Assembly: GCA_050613775.1 (NCBI GenBank)
Contig: JBODTK010000016.1
Location: 1,054,001-1,118,000, forward strand
From: Neocallimastix sp. 'constans'
Taxonomy: Eukaryota
DNA: 64,000 nt
Direction of reading: 5' to 3'
A program made the position numbers and the translations under genes. This document shows, one piece after another, positions 16,249 through 39,429 of the stretch (positions within the stretch are counted from its first letter, which is position 1; every line of letters begins with the position of its first letter). Below the pieces are notes generated by a model. That model saw only the letters and a program-made list of their open reading frames with translations, did no database searches and was not told where the DNA came from.

Positions 16249-17745
16249 GAAATAATAATAATAAATTAATAAATAATTAATTAAATTAAACAATTTATAA
16301 AGAATTATAGAATTAAATTTCAAATTTCATTAAATTAAAAATACTAATTATTACAATTATAATATTAATTTCAAAAAATAAAAAATAAAAAAAATAAAAA
16401 AAAATAAAAAGTATATATATAGTATTATTAATATTATTATTATTATATTTAAATTTTACCTAAAATCTTCGTTATTCTATAAATATAGTTTTTATTACTA
16501 TCAAAACCAATACCAAGTCTTGCATAACCACCTTTAAAATATATGGATTATACATAATTGTAATAAATATAATAATTTTTATTTATTTAATATTTTATAC
16601 TGATTTTTCTATTTTTTTTTTTTTTATCATTATTACCTATAACAGTCTTATTGAAGAGTGAAGTATATACCCATTTTTCTAACTCATCACGGGAAATTCT
16701 AATTGAATTTAATTCTTCTAATGTTACTACTTCTTGCTATAATTTAATAAATAAAAATAATATAATATAAAAAATAATGAAATCATAATCAATATTTTAA
16801 ATTTAATAAATTTATAAAACTATTGTATTTGAAATTTTTGTTTTTATCATATAATTATTATTAATTTATATCTTATAAAATTAATTTCATATATTGAAAA
16901 TATTATTTACCTCTGATTCTCTGCTTTCATAATTATCTTCACTTTCACTATCACTCCAAATTCTATCTCTTTTTTCTTCTTCCTTTTTTTTTTTATTAGC
17001 ATGATTATATAATATTTTTATTACCATTTATATATATATATATATATTTTATTATTTAAATTATATAATATTAATATTATTAATATATATGTTTTTAATT
17101 AAATCTTATTATTAAATTAAAATTGTATTAAAAATATTATTATACATTTTCATTTGATAATTTTGAACGCTTTTTTTCACGTTTTCTTCTAAGATCAGAT
17201 AATGATTCTGATTTCCTTTCTTTTTCTGATAATTTATCATGTCTAGATAAATGACGACTTGAATTAGCTTCATTTTATAAATAAATAATATATATATTTA
17301 TTATAGTCAATTATATATTATTTTTAAAAAAATAAATTAACAATAAAAATAAAAATTCTTCAATATATTTATTATTTTATAATATATTTAACAAATTTCT
17401 TTTTAAATTTTTTTTCTTTCATAATTATTACTTTTATTCATCTTTCCTTTCTTTAATTTTCTTTTAATTTCAAGTCTTTCTTTTAAATTTTGTTTCTATA
17501 AATAAATAAAATACACATAAACAAAAATATATAATATATAATAATATGTTGTAAAATAAAATTAATTATATTAATATAATTCTAAAATTATTATGTTACC
17601 TTTTATTTATAAATCAATAAAATATTATTAATACCTTATCAGCTCTTTCGGCAATAATAGCTTCTCTTTCAATTTCAGGAAGATTATCTAAACTGTAAAT
17701 AAATTATATATATAATTTTAAATAATTTTAAATTAAAAAAAATAC

Positions 17746-17790
<45 letters not shown>

Positions 17791-18270
17791 TTAAAATATA
17801 ATATAATAAATATTACTATTTTCTATCTTCCTCATCTTTAATAAGATCTGGACCATAAGATTCTACCTCTTCAACTAATTTAGCATATGAATAAGATTCA
17901 GAATCATCACTAAAATCACTCTCACTATCTTCATCACTTGACACATCTCTACTTCTTTTTCTATTTAATATATTTTTCAGTAAATAATATATATAATATA
18001 TATATTAATTTATTATTAGTTTATGTTTTCAAATTTAATTACATACAAAATAAAATTAAATTATAATAAATATAGAAATTTCTAATATTTGGAATTATAT
18101 AATTTTGAATTAAAATTTAATATTTTAATATTTAAAGAAATAAATGAATTAAGATAATAATAATAACAATAATAAAATATATGTAAATAAAAATAATACC
18201 CGTCATGTCTTCTTCTAGACCTAACTGGTGAATCACCAGTTAAAGCAAGAATTTCATCATCAATATCCAT
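14733..18270 (-). CDS. RTF1: Paf1 complex subunit Rtf1 (histone-modification domain plus Plus3 domain), multi-exon
   Basis: Spliced translation: MDIDDEILAL; YGPDLIKDEEDRKYLDNLPEIEREAIIAER (HMD); LNSIRISRDELEKW...VIGGYARLGIG...YRITKI...ISNGPFTEQEY (Plus3); C-terminal LNERNRRMN and DPFARRKCMP motifs. Confidence 0.92.
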
Positions 18271-18527
18271 GATTTATTTTATATTTAATTTTTTTTTTTT
18301 TTTTTTTTTGGTAAAATTACTTTTCTCTTATTATATTTTTATACTTCTATATAAATTCTTTGATATACCATTTAAATTATATTCAATACAAATTAAATGA
18401 TATTTAATATTTGACAAAGATAAAGAAAAAAAAAATAACAATAATAATAATAATAAAATTAGTTAGATGTATTTGAAATTTATCAATTATACAAATTTTG
18501 AATACATACTTTATATGTGATACAATA

Positions 18528-18558
18528 TAAAAATTTTTGAAATAAAAAAAAAAAAAAA

Positions 18559-18592
<34 letters not shown>

Positions 18593-18627
18593 TACATAAA
18601 AATTTTTGAAATAAAAAAAAAAAAAAA

Positions 18628-18661
<34 letters not shown>

Positions 18662-18665
18662 TACA
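18528..18665. repeat. Tandem duplication (~69 bp x2) upstream of RTF1
   Basis: TAAAAATTTTTGAAAT-A(n)-(TAA)n-TATACA occurs twice. Confidence 0.85.
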
Positions 18666-19483
18666 AAGAATAAATTAAAATATTAATTCAATCTATATTT
18701 TTTGTTAAATATATTTTTTTTTTATATAATATAAAATTTTTTATTTTATCTATTAAATAATAATAAAAAAACTTTATATATATTTAATATAGAAAAATAA
18801 TAATAAAGGATTAGTGTAACACATTTAATAAAAATTTAAAACTTTATATTATATAAACTAACCTTTATACAACATAAAGCATTAATAATTAATCCAAATA
18901 AATTATATAACTTATTAAATCATGTATAAGTATTTATAAATCAATATTAATAAATGATACTTTTTTTAATATTTTTCTTTTATTAAATGATTAAATTTAT
19001 AATTTTTTTCATGGAAGATAAAGTGAATAACAGTCTTCCATAAATGAAATTTATTAAAATCTACAAAAAGACCAAGTTTATCTAAATAATCGTATATGCA
19101 TTAGGTTAATATTTAATCGAACTAGAAAGTACCAGATATAATATTTCATTAAATATATCAGAATGTATCGGTCGTTAGGAAAATGAGGTTGACGCTTTCG
19201 GAAGTATATAAAAAATTATAACAGAAGGTTTTAATAGGAATAATTAAATAGTTATATTACTAAAATCTGAAAAATTTAAAATTATCAAATCCTGAATTTA
19301 TATTTAATTATTTCATTCTTCTTCTTCTTCATTTATTTTTATATTCATTCAAAATAAAACATTTTTATATATTTTTCTTCAAATTTTTATTATTATTCAA
19401 AATGAAACTTTTTATATATATATTTTTTTTCAAGTTTTTATTATTATTCAAAATATAACTTTTTAATATACTTTTTCTTCAAG

Positions 19484-19521
<38 letters not shown>

Positions 19522-20098
19522 TTATTTTATTTTATTTTATTTTTTATTTTATCTATATTGTAACTTTAAATAAGATATTATATCGACATTTTTTGAATTG
19601 TAAACGTTACTTTTTTAAAGCCCATGCATTGTATTAAGTTACATTATAATAACTATTCTATTATTCTATATAAATTATGATATTTTACTATTTTAATAAA
19701 TACATATAATAGTAAGAATTACTGATTATTACAGGTTATATATTTTTAATATTAAAATTAATTATAATATAAATATAAAAATTTATTAAATATTAAAATA
19801 GATATTCTAATATTTAGACCCTTAATTTTGATATTATTTTATTTTTAGTCATTTAAATAGAAATAATCTTAACATTATAAAAAAAGTAATTAATAATTAA
19901 ATGAAAATAATACAATAATTTTATTATTACCTTAATATATAACTGTTTGAATATAGTTTTTTTTTTTATTTATACATTGTTAAATTACTATTGTGATTAT
20001 ATTAATAATAATATAATAATATATATGATTAAATAGTCTTGTTCTTACATTTATTCTTGTAATTGTTTTTTTTTTTTTTTTTTAATATTGGGTATTTT

Positions 20099-20877
20099 TT
20101 ATACTCTTGGCGGTAATTCTGGTAATGCTTTATTTCTTCTATCCTTCTTTTTTTTGTATTGAATTGCCATATATATAACAAATATAATTAAGGTCAAAAC
20201 AAATAAAAATATAATAATATTTCCAATGGAAAAAATAGAATGACTCTCAATTTTTGCCTCGACATCATAAATATCTTTACCATCACTTATTGGCTCACCT
20301 CCCTATTATTTAAATTTTAATTTGTAAAACATATATAATAAATTAATTTATATTACATTACTATAACAATTATTTTTATTTATAAATTTTTATGGGCTAA
20401 AATTACTTGTATATTTGTATTTTCATTTTCACTGACAACAAAATAACCAAAATAAGTATTAAGATTAGAATAGTTATAAAAGATTCTACATTTTTTAGTA
20501 CTTTGAATAAAATTAAGAGCAACGCAATTTGTATCATTATAGCAATCACCTAAACATTGTTCTTGACTTTCTGTATCATGTTCAAGATTAAATATTTCAG
20601 CAGGTAATTCAACTCCTTGATATTTATAATTATCATATCTCCATTGAAATGTTGATTCACTATTTTTAAGGAATTTATATTGTTTACATTTTCCACCTTC
20701 TGTACTCCATATAAACCATTGACATTTATCATTTTTAGCACAAGAATTTATGCAATCTTTTAATACTTTCTCAGTATCATCTGAAAGTAATATAGAAGAT
20801 TCTTCATTAGCATTCAAATATTTTCCTTGAAAGAACACCCATTTTTTATTATTATTTTCTGTAAATGGAATTGCCAT
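20099..20877 (-). CDS. Two PAN/apple-like domains, one TM helix and a short proline-rich tail; 2 exons
   Basis: Exon 1 20877-20407 has CINSCAKNDKCQWFIW...GKC and CLGDCYNDTNCVALNF...KKC (C-x3-C-x5-C...C PAN pattern). Exon 2 ~20302-20099 has hydrophobic IIIFLFVLTLIIFVIYMAI then KKKKDRRNKALPELPPRV*. Confidence 0.75.
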
Positions 20878-21954
20878 TTTTTTTTTTTTTTTATTTTATT
20901 AATTATACTTTACTTTTATATAATTTATAAATTTATAATTGATAATTTATATATTATTTTTAATTTAATTATTGTTATTCCAAAGTAAAAAAAAAATATA
21001 AGATTATTTATAATTTTTTTTTAATTAAAAATAATTAATAAAATAAAAGTTATAAATGATTATATAATTATATATTATGATTTAAATTATTTTTGAAGAA
21101 AATCTTAATAAATAAAAGTTAATAATGAGATTATAAATTAAATTTTTTTTATTTTAAATTTATTTTATTTTGTTTCGCAAATTTCATTTGAATATTAGAT
21201 ACTCGATGAGAGAATTAAGTGATTAAATAAATATTTAAATTAAAATTATAGTATCTCTTAATTGTATAATAATTATTAGAAGTTTGATATACCAAATTTT
21301 TAGATAATAAAATTAGAAGTAATAATTAATAAAAATTATATTGTACAAACAAAGGAACAAACAAACATGCAAATAAATAAATAAATAAATAATAAATAAT
21401 AAATAAATAAATAAATAAATAAATAATAAATAATAAATAAATAAATAAATAAATAAATAAGAATATAAATATATAAATATTTATTTTATTAAAGAAGTAA
21501 ATAATACAATTAGTTCTGATGTTGACATTTTCTAATTAAATGACAAAAAATAAAGTTTGCTTTGTAAAGAAAATCCAAAAGCTTTTTTCTTAATGGAAAA
21601 ATTGAAGAATTATTTTTTAAATTTTAATTATAAAATTAAACTTAATTTAAATGGTCAACATTAATAAAGTTTTGAAATTTTTTAAAATATAAACTATCTA
21701 CATTTTTTTTGCATTTTTCAATAAAAACTTTAATGAATATAAAAATAAATTAAATCATTAAAACTTTAACTATTTATTTTAAATATTATCCAAAAACATT
21801 TTTTACTATATCCACATTAAAATACATTACACAATGATGATTGCGTTAATCATAAAAATTAAATATAAAATTTTACACTTCTTTAGCACATAATGAAAAA
21901 CAATACTACAAAATTTTCAAATTAAATAATATCAAAATAATAAAACACAGCCTC

Positions 21955-22546
21955 AACTATCTCACGCAATCGAAAATAATTTTTCGTCCGGGAGCGTTCA
22001 TTTCATCATCGACTGTAGTTTTTATTAACGTAATTGCAGTCTTAGGTAAATACTAAGACAATAGAGATTAAAAATGGTGTAGTAAGTTTTCATTATTTAT
22101 AATTTTCTAAAAAAAATATATTATAGATATTTTAATGAGTGAGAATTATCCAATCATATAATGACATTCATTTATAGTAATTTCAATATTATAGTGTTTA
22201 AAAATACAGTTTTTGAAATTAATGTACATTATCAATGCAATTGTTTCAATTTTTATAATGTATTTGATTTTTAATTATTATCTTGATTTATCTATTTATT
22301 TATTTAATTATTAAAGTTAATTAACCATATTATCAATTTTATTTAGTTATATAACTACTAATAATAAATTTATTATTGTATAAAACAATTTTTAATAGCC
22401 AAAAATCCAATCATAATTAAGAAACTATTGATTTTGTAAGAAATGATTTTATTAATAATAAAAATGTGAAAAAAATATTTTAAAATATTATATTAAAATT
22501 GTTAATATATATATAAATTATTATTAGTAATAAAATTAAAAAGAAA
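21955..22546 (+). promoter_or_regulatory. Putative structured, spliced 5' leader of HIS7 with a uORF
   Basis: GC-enriched patch with hairpins at 21971-21986, 22011-22041 and 22039-22059; uATG at 22074; donor-like GTAAAT at 22046 and GTAAGT at 22082; branch-like TACTAAT near 22356; acceptor TAG ending 22398; second donor GTAAG at 22436; AAG ending 22543. Confidence 0.4.
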
Positions 22547-24769
22547 ATGGTTGTCTATTTATTAGATTATGGGGCTGGAAATGTCCGAAGTTTAGTCAAT
22601 GCTGTAAAAAAAATTGGCTATGATATAGAACCAATTACTTGTATTGAAGATTTTGAAAAAGCTAATGTATGTGATTTATAATATCATCTAATGTTAATAA
22701 AACTTTTCTTAAATATTATATATTCAATGACAAATGGCTAATAAATGAAATGGAAAAGTGTTATTATAGTTTAAATTAATTTAGTATTAAAAAATTCATA
22801 TGTTAAATGATTAGAAGGCATTAATATAATAAAGATATTGATTAATATTGGAAATTGCTAGTAAACAATATAATTATAAATAAAAAATATATGTAGAAGC
22901 TTATACACCAAAGTATCAAAGTAAAATATTAAGAAAATTAAATTTTTTTTTACCGTTATTATATATATACTTTATTTCATATAATTCGATATAATTTTTA
23001 TTTAATAAAATTTTATGAACTATATCATAAAAATATATAATATTATTTATATTTGTAAATTATAAATTATAACATCAAATTTAAAAAATATTAATCAAAA
23101 ATATATAATTTAAAATTTTAAAGGAAAAAGAAATAGTGATATCATTATTGTTAACCTTCATATATATTTATAATATAATTTTGTATATTGTAATTAATAG
23201 AAAATCATTTTCCCAGGTGTTGGTGCTTTTGGACCAGCCATGGATAAACTTCGTGAAAAAGGTTTCTATGAACCATTAAAGAAATATATTGCTTCAGGCA
23301 AACCATTTATGGGTATTTGTGTTGGTATGCAATCTTTATGTTTAGGTTCTGAAGAAAACCCAGGTGTTGAAGGTCTTAGTATTATTCCAACTACTGTTAG
23401 ACGTTTTAATGATAAGACAAAGACTGTTCCACATATGGGTTGGAATGGTGCTCACTTAGAAAAGGAACAAAGTCAAGATAAAAGTTCCTTAAGTAGCATA
23501 CAATTAATCAATCATCGTGGTGAAGAAGATTCTTTCTATTATTTTGTTCACTCTTACGCTATTCCATATAGTGAAGAAATTAAGGATTGGGTTCTTTCTA
23601 CTACTGTTTACAAAGATGAAAAGTATGTTAGTTCTATTCAAAAGGATAATATCTTTGCTACTCAATTCCACCCGGAAAAGAGTGGTTATGCTGGTTTAAT
23701 GATTTTAAAATCTTTCTTAGATTTCGGTGAAGAAGGTAAGGATGTTTCCACTAAGGTTGTAGCTCCACTTTCAACTCCATGCAGAGATCGTTTAACACGT
23801 CGTATAATTGCTTGTTTAGATGTTAGAACCAATGACCAAGGTGATTTAGTTGTTACTAAGGGTGATCAATATGATGTAAGAGAAAAGAAAGATGGTAATA
23901 ATGTTCGTAATCTTGGAAAGCCAGTTGATCTTGCAAAAAGATATTATGAAGAAGGTGCTGATGAAATTACTTTCTTAAATATTACTAGTTTCCGTGATTG
24001 TCCATTAAGAGATTTACCAATGATAGAAGTTTTAAAGAGAGCTTCTGAATCCATTTTCGTTCCATTAACTATTGGTGGTGGTATTCGTGATTTAACTGAT
24101 CCAGATGGTGTCTTCCATCCAGCTTTAGAAGTTGCTGGTGAATACTTCAGATCAGGTGCTGATAAGGTTTCTATTGGTAGTGATGCTGTTTATGCTACTG
24201 AGCAATTTATGGCTCGTGGAAATAAGCCAAGTGGCGATACTGCCATTGAACAAATTTCAAAGGTTTATGGTGCTCAAGCAGTGGTTATTTCGGTTGACCC
24301 TCGTAGAGTCTACGTTAAATCTCCAGAAGATGCACCAAATCATCATGTACTTCCAACTAAATATCCAGGTCCAAATGGTGAAAACTATTGCTGGTATCAA
24401 TGTACCGTTAAGGGTGGTCGTGAAGGTAGAGATGTTGATGTATATCAATTAGTTACTTCATGTGAAGCTATGGGTGCTGGTGAAATTCTTTGTAATTGTA
24501 TGGATAAAGATGGTACTAACTCTGGTTTTGATTTAGAATTAATTGCTGATGTTAAGAAAGCTGTTACTATTCCAGTTATTGCTTCTAGTGGTGCTGGTAA
24601 GCCAGAACACTTTACTGAAGTTTTTGAAGCTACTGATGTTGAAGCTGCTTTAGCTGCTGGTATTTTCCATCGTCGTGAAGTTCCAATTGTTAGTGTTAAG
24701 GAACACTTATTTAAAAGTAATGTTCCAGTTAGACCAGTAGAAAAAGAAATTACTAAGACTACCAATTAA
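22547..24769 (+). CDS. HIS7: Bifunctional imidazole glycerol phosphate synthase (HisH glutaminase plus HisF cyclase), 2 coding exons
   Basis: Exon 1 22547-22666 [16 protein letters not shown]; exon 2 23201-24769 [16 protein letters not shown] (catalytic Cys), [55 protein letters not shown]. Confidence 0.97.
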
Positions 24770-25077
24770 TTAATAAATTAATTAAAAAAAAAAAAGAAAT
24801 TTTAAGTGAATATAAAATAAATATTAATCCATAATTATAGATTTTTATTTTATTTTATTATATATATATATATATATATATATTTTCTTTTTTTTTTTTT
24901 TTAATTTTAATATTAATTTCAATTTTTTTTTATAGGTTAGATCTTTTATTATAAATATTTAAAATTTATAAATTATTTTTTTCTTTAATACAATTAGTTA
25001 AAATATAAACAAAAATATTGTATAAAAATAAACAAAAATAAGCAAACAAACAAAAAACAATATCAAAAACAATATTA

Positions 25078-25154
<77 letters not shown>

Positions 25155-25673
25155 GAAATTAAAAATACATAGAACAAATATTTATTTTATAATTATAATT
25201 TTCAATTTTTATGTGTAATAAATAATAAAAATTATAAATAAAAATAAAAAATTAAAAATAAAAAAAAAAAAAAAAAGATGTTTTATGCAAGTCATATGAT
25301 CTATTTGATTTTTTGTGAAACCTTTTCATTATTATTCTATTAAAAAAATAATTCATCCATATATCTTTATGTATTATAATATATAATATTTTTTTTTTTA
25401 AAATTCAAAAAAATTTTTTTTATTAAATTATAATTATCTTTATTTTTATATTTTTTATATTGTATATTTATTAAATAATCTGAAGAAATATATAATATTA
25501 TATATATTATTTGTAAAGTTATCATTCAGAAGAAATATCTATTGATAAAAAGATTTAATGATATATCTATGTGTCTTATTTTTTTTTTTAAAAAAATTAT
25601 CATGATATAATAATTAAATTTTTTATGTATAATCAATTTATGATAAATTTATTTTAATTTGTTAATTTGTATA

Positions 25674-35392
<9,719 letters not shown>

Positions 35393-35849
35393 TATATATA
35401 TATATAATAACGGTTAAATTATTTATTTAATTTTTTTTTTTTTAATTTTTAATTTTTAATTTATCTTATTTTAATACATTAAAATCGTATCATTTATATC
35501 AAATCTTTTAAATATAATCTTATTTTTTATCTTTATCATTTTTATCTCTACTTTTTATTTATATTATTTTTTTTTTTATTATCATAGTTACCATAATATA
35601 CATATCATAAAGTAAACTAATCCAAAATACAACATCAAGCTATAGTTTAAAAAAATAATATACATAACATATAATAAACTAAAGCAAATAAATAATCAAG
35701 CTAAACTTTAATAATTTTTTTTTTTTTAATATATAATAAACTAAAATAAAACATAAAACTAAAGCTTAATATAATATTTTTTTTTTTTTTTTTTTTTAAT
35801 AAATTAATTTAATATTTTATTATATTTTATTATATTATATTTTATTTTA

Positions 35850-35905
<56 letters not shown>

Positions 35906-36534
35906 ATATATTTAATGATATATTAATTTCCTATTTTATTTTATTTTATTTTTTGTTCTTATTTGAAAGTTTTACTTTATGATATATAAATATATATATA
36001 TATTTATTTTTATTTATTTATTTATTTAAGTTTTATATAAAATAAATGCAGAATATACATAATTATTTTATAAATGTTTTTAAATATATATTTATTAAAA
36101 GATATAATTTAGGATATATAGAATTATAAAAATAATTTTTGTATTTATTTTTCTATATAAAAAAAGTATTACAAAATTTTTTATTTTTTTTTTTTATTTT
36201 TAGTATTAATTGAGTGAAGATATATATTGATATCATTTATTTATTTTATTTTTATTTGTATTTAGTTTTTGAGACTTTTTTTATATGTTCAATATTGTAA
36301 TTTTAAATTATATTAAATTTAAATATTACTATTATTTTTATTATATAAATATATTTATATATTATTATTTATTATTATAATTTTTTATTTTTATTTTTAT
36401 TTTTTTTTATTGAATTATCGTTAATATATATGTTATATTTATGTTATATTTAAATTTTATTATATAAATATATTTATATTGTAATTTTTATTTTTATTAT
36501 TATTTTTCAATTATATTTTATTTTATTTTATTTT

Positions 36535-36568
<34 letters not shown>

Positions 36569-36620
36569 AATTATAGTTAACATAATATAAAACTATATAC
36601 TATTTTTAATGTGAATATAG

Positions 36621-39350
36621 TTACATAGTTCTTGATTTACATTTTTTACCTGGTATATTTAAATGTGTATGTATAACTTCATTATATGTTGTATTCATAT
36701 CTATTATTGAAATATCATTGGCTGGATAACACACATGTATATTTTTAAACCATTCTGTTGATATAAGATCTTTTAGGGTAATTCTTTCATATGGTTTCCA
36801 TTTTAACATACTATTCATTATTTCAGGAATTTCATTTCGATGCTTTACAAATTTGACATCATCTTTATCAGTAAAGTTATTATTTAAACAATACTTTTTT
36901 TGTTGTTCTTGTTCTACCATTTTGGATGTCACATTTGAATATCCAAAATTCATTGCTGCCAAAATCATTCCACAACCTATAATTTTTTTTTTTTTTTTTA
37001 TAGGACATTATTTTAAATAATTATGGATATAGATAAATAATTATAAATAATTATATAAAAGTTAGTATATATTAAAAATATATAATTTATTTATTGAATA
37101 TTATTATTATACTAATATACATATTATAATTTTCATTTTTCAATTTATCAATTTTAATTTATATATATTTATATCTATATAAATATAATTTTTTTTTATA
37201 CATACTATATACGTCTATTTTTGTTGATATTTTTGAGAAATAATCTGAATTTAGCTCACATATTTCAGGTGCGAAAAAGATAGGATCATTTTTGTCATGA
37301 TTATTATGTGATTGTATTAAATCTTCATGGAAATGATATTCCTCTTGTATATTGATGGATTCATGGTTACTTAAATGAAATGCCCATTCTAAACCTGTTA
37401 ATTTAAATTGTCCTGAAGTATCGAATAATATTCGATCTAATATTATTTAATTATTCCATTTTTAATATTAATAATTTATCGTAATTATTCATTTTATTAT
37501 TAATTAATTATTTATTATTTTTGGTTTAAATTATTTTATTGTATTAATTTATTTAATCAATTCCAAAATTAAATTTTATTAATTTAATTAATTAATTTCA
37601 TAGAAATTATTTCAGAAATTAAAAAAGTAAAGAAGTATCAATATATAAAAGAAAAAGAAATTGAAATATATGGGAATAAATTTAAATAAAAATAAAAATA
37701 ATAATTAATAATAATTTAAAATATATAATTAAACATTATATATATATATCCAAATATAAAATTATTATTATTTCAAGTAATCATACTTGGATCAATTCTT
37801 CTATGTACTACTTGATAGGTAGAATGTAGCCAATAGACAGCATTAACAAGTTTTTTAAATGTACATAACATTTCTTCAACATATATATCCATTTCATCAA
37901 TGAAACCTTTACTATTTTTTAATATATCTTTTAATGATCCTATAGCAATTGTCGGTTCATAAAAGAAGAAAGCTTTGGAATTATTGTATATTAAATCTGT
38001 AGGACTATAGAAATAGTAATTATATGATGTCAACTTTTTAGATTCTGTACATATAAAATCAAATTCTACTCTTTTATGAAAATCTTCTTTATCTTCATTA
38101 TACATTTTAGAAATAATACGAACATCAGTGGCATCTATTTTTCCTATAACTGTTCCATCTTTATTGAAATATAATTTTTTCTTTTTTGGACTTTTTATTG
38201 TTGATTCATTAGATAATGCCGACGTTGGAGGGGAGTTAGCACTAGTTAAAGTGACATTATCCTCCATATCTGAGAATCGATTATAATTTGAATTACTACT
38301 ATTTATAAAAGTTGAACTATTAGTATCAGAATTTGGATTATTACTGAAGTTATTACCAGAATTTGGTACGGATTGCGATTTATTATTTACCTCATTCTCT
38401 TTATTTTTCAATATATTTTCATTGATAGTTTCATGTTTTTTATTCTTTTTTTTTTCTTTAAGCCATGATAATGATTTTGAGTTTGGCGTGAGAATAGTGG
38501 TTAATTTTTTCTTTTTTTTCTCCTTTGGTTGAGAAGTATCAATGGTTAATTCAACATTATTTGCTTTTTTTTTTGGTAAATCATTTTCACTATAACAACT
38601 CATGCTTCTATCTATTTCCTTCATACTAATTTCTGTACTTTCATATTCATGAATAACTGATAAAGAATTATTATTACTTTTAAATATATTGGAACTATTA
38701 TTTATATTTTCATGAAGTTTATTATCTTTAAATTTTAAGCTATCGTTACTTAATGTACCCAAACTTTGATTTGTTTCCATGTCAGTATTACTTAAAATTA
38801 TACTATTACTATTATTTATACTATTAATAATATTACTACTACTTATATTATTATTATCATTATTACTTATAAGTTCCTGATGCTCCACTTCCACTTCATC
38901 CTTTTTATTAATATTAAGTTTTTTGAAATCTTTTTCAATAGTTGCTGTTTTTGGTCCATTTTTATATAAATTTTTATTATTTTTAATATCTTCTTTTACA
39001 GGGGCTGAGTTTAATGACCCTTTTATACCTGATATTAATGTATTTATTCTTAAATTTTTAAATAATTCATTTTTTAATGATCTTCGTCTTTCTACCTTTG
39101 GTTCTTCTTCTTTAATAGGATGTATAACACGTCTAATATATGCATTATCATAAGAATGGAGTTGAAAGCATTGAATACTTTTTTTGGTTTTGGCTATTGG
39201 TATTAGCTCTGATAAAATTGCTTTATTGTTATCTTTTAATTTTTCCAAATTTTCGGCAGATATTGTTCTAATATTTTCATTAGATAATTCACTTCCAATC
39301 TGATTTATACTTTTTTCACTCGATTTAAAAATTCCTGATAGAATTGGCAT
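36621..39350 (-). CDS. Protein kinase-like protein lacking catalytic residues (probable pseudokinase, HAL/NPR-like), 3 exons, long Asn/Ser-rich N-terminus
   Basis: Exons 39350-37787, 37435-37207, 36976-36621. Kinase-fold landmarks: EEMLCTFKKLVNAVYWLHS, HRRIDPNRILFD, FKLTGLEW, FFAPE, DVYSCGMIL, WKPYERIT, WFKNIHVC. Confidence 0.8.
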
Positions 39351-39392
39351 AATTATATTATAAATAAAATAAAATAAAATAAAATAAAATAA

Positions 39393-39429
<37 letters not shown>

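Noticed and set aside
21834..21900. Box C-like ATGATGA (C/D snoRNA)
   Set aside because: No box D CTGA at a suitable distance and no terminal stem.
21961..22000. CCGGGAGCG resembling part of the ZMP/ZTP riboswitch; TPP aptamer also considered
   Set aside because: The GACUGGCG and CGCCUGGG pseudoknot elements and the TPP CUGAGA core are absent.
23517..24765. Overlapping and antisense ORFs within HIS7
   Set aside because: By-products of biased codon usage with no recognisable motifs.
22547..24769. HIS7 as a bacterial horizontal transfer (GC-richer, intron-poor)
   Set aside because: It is the fused eukaryotic HisHF form with an intron; its codon bias fits high expression.
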